This document shows positions 62,221-64,000 of a stretch of DNA of 64,000 nucleotides, in pieces. The notes under the pieces are model-generated. The model did not search any database and was not told where the DNA came from. It saw nothing but the letters and a program-made list of their open reading frames with translations. The stretch is from an uncultured cyanobacterium. GTDB taxonomy: Bacteria; Cyanobacteriota; Cyanobacteriia; Cyanobacteriales; Nostocaceae. A program made the translations under genes and the position numbers. How positions within the stretch are numbered: the first letter of the stretch is position 1; every line of letters begins with the position of its first letter. Where the stretch lies: the NCBI GenBank assembly GCA_963740315.1, contig CAVUDP010000004.1, positions 256,001-320,000 on the forward strand. Reading direction: 5' to 3'.

Positions 62221-62485
62221 GGGATTAACTGCACGCCTGGACGAACTTTATATTCTAATCTTTATTAGTGTATTTATTACTATTTAAATTAATTAATTTT
62301 TAAGAATAAAATTATCAAGAGCTATAGCTTTGATATTTACAAAAATATATTTAATGTAGTATTAGTCACGATGAATAGACATTTTTATAGTAATATTTCT
62401 GATGGTTTAAAGTATCATCCGTACCGTTGTAAACCCGTCTCCGCCAATAGCATAAGTCCTCTTCCAGAGGATTGATTTAATAGAT

Positions 62486-62550
62486 GTAGGGTGTGTGACG
62501 CTTTGATAATTTTAGTACGGAATCTGTCAAGCTTATAGCGTCACGCACCA
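62486..62550. repeat. GTAG-type long-spacer palindrome
   Basis: tgtagggtgtgtgacgct...agcgtcacgcacc; same family as 16528..16590. Confidence 0.75.
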
Positions 62551-62664
62551 ACGATAAATTGTAAGTTCTATTTATCTCAACGATTAGTTTTTTTAGGAGT
62601 ATTGCTTAAGGTTAAAATTTATCTCCTGTGTTCCTTTGCCCTTCCTTCCGCGCCTTCTTTGCGT

Positions 62665-63858
62665 TTAGTTTTCAACTTGAGTAATTTTCTTAATCGCAGC
62701 CTTTGCATACAATCTAACCTTAGAATCATCATCAATAGCGAGTTTTTCAAGATGAGTCAGGGCGGCTGAATCTCCCAATTCTCCTAAAGATGTGGCTATT
62801 AACTGCTTTATTTGCGATTTATAGGTTATTCCTTCGCTGTTGAGATCGATTAGAATCTGAGTTGCATAAGACTTCAATTCTGTTGATTCTTGTCTACCTA
62901 ATACAGCAATAATTTCTTCAGCTAATGCAATATCAGTTGAGTAAAGACAAGATTTTAAATAATCTAAGGCTAGAAAAGTATTACTCCAATTCAAAGCACG
63001 CACTGCTTCTTGTTTGAGAAATAAAGGAGTATTTTTAAAATCCAAGATATCAAACAACGCTTTAATCGCTGCTTCGTCTTTCATACATCCCAATGCTAAT
63101 ACAGCTTGCTGACACACTTCTGAATCAAAGTCGTAAAGCAAAGGTTGTATACGATCGACTAAATCAAATTCTTCTTTAAGGTAAGCACGCATTTTTAAAG
63201 CAATTATGGCTTCTTTGCGAACTTTTGGGGATGTATCTTGCAAAGCTTTAATGAATACAGGAATTAAATCCTTGTGGTGAAAACTACCGAGGGCTTCAAT
63301 CGCTGTAAATCTAACTTCTGCTATAGAATCATCGACAACCGAAAGTAAAGGTTCGATCGCTTCCGAGCGGCGAATTTGAGCAAGAGATTTTGCTGCTAAT
63401 AACCGGGATTTTTCTTCTTTGAGTAGTTCAATCAAGGCTGTAATCGCAGGTTGACCAATTTTTGCGAGGGTTTGGGCACAGGCGATCGCTAATTCTTCTT
63501 CTTGTGTCTCTTCAAGCAACTTAACCAAGGATACGACTATAATCGGTTCGTTAAATTCTCCCAAGATGCGAAGTGCAAACCAACGCATCTCTAAATCTGC
63601 TGATTCCGAATCCAATATTTCGAGTAACGGAGCGATCGCTGGTTTACCTATTTTGGGAAAAATCTTCGCTATATCCCAGCGTGTTTGAAAATCTCCCGCT
63701 TTGATTACCTGGATCGCGATCGCAACAGCTTGCTCTAATTCCTTGTTTTCTAAATCTTGTGTAATATCTTTTTTTTCTAATAGCTGCTGTAACTGCTGGT
63801 TAACCACTATCCAATTAGCTTCCGCTACAGCGCTGGCGATCGTATCAATTTCTAACAT
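62665..63858 (-). CDS. HEAT-repeat (PBS lyase HEAT-like) protein
   Basis: GDFQTRWDIAK, repeated VRxxAxxALG units, DDDSKVRLYA. Confidence 0.9.
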   Translation of the reverse strand: MLEIDTIASAVAEANWIVVNQQLQQLLEKKDITQDLENKELEQAVAIAIQVIKAGDFQTRWDIAKIFPKIGKPAIAPLLEILDSESADLEMRWFALRILGEFNEPIIVVSLVKLLEETQEEELAIACAQTLAKIGQPAITALIELLKEEKSRLLAAKSLAQIRRSEAIEPLLSVVDDSIAEVRFTAIEALGSFHHKDLIPVFIKALQDTSPKVRKEAIIALKMRAYLKEEFDLVDRIQPLLYDFDSEVCQQAVLALGCMKDEAAIKALFDILDFKNTPLFLKQEAVRALNWSNTFLALDYLKSCLYSTDIALAEEIIAVLGRQESTELKSYATQILIDLNSEGITYKSQIKQLIATSLGELGDSAALTHLEKLAIDDDSKVRLYAKAAIKKITQVEN

Positions 63859-64000
63859 TCGCGTATTAAATAGAGGTTAATTTTTCTTTGTTTCTTCTTT
63901 ATCTAGCTTGTCACGAATTTAAGTATTTACCAGCAGCTGATTAATTATGGAATGCTGTTTTTCGATTATAAAGCAGAAATACCGCATAGATAATATGCAT

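Noticed and set aside
1..64000. Frequent GCGATCGC octamers
   Set aside because: HIP1, a well-known genome-wide cyanobacterial feature; used only as a taxonomic clue.

Overview
AT-rich chromosomal segment from a filamentous, probably heterocyst-forming cyanobacterium. The assignment is an inference from abundant HIP1 GCGATCGC octamers, 7-bp STRR tracts, apcD and cyaC. Most of the window is housekeeping: bioF, ruvA, spp, panE, xseAB, trpF, asnS, pmgA, rlmD, apcD, two tandem glutathione reductases, hisC, cyaC, tRNA-Gly(TCC), pstSCAB, bioY, lspA, an FHA-domain PBP1A, apt, purF and purL. Two accessory zones stand out. (1) 1-7.9 kb: a filamentous-haemagglutinin exoprotein and a cluster of small secreted-protein genes with a shared upstream leader, two paralogue pairs and a decayed bioF fragment. 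(2) 51.9-57.7 kb: Uma2, a stand-alone GIY-YIG nuclease followed by a CGTC-type palindrome and a 60-bp tandem array, and a CHAT (caspase-like) protease gene next to an NB-ARC/TPR NLR-like gene. The two proteins share an 18-residue N/G/Y-rich motif (14/18 identical), which suggests an amyloid-type NLR-to-protease signalling system; this is the best candidate for a new system here. Many REP/MITE-like palindromes and STRRs occur, including in-frame STRR insertions in purL. No database searches were run; product calls rest on recognised motifs.
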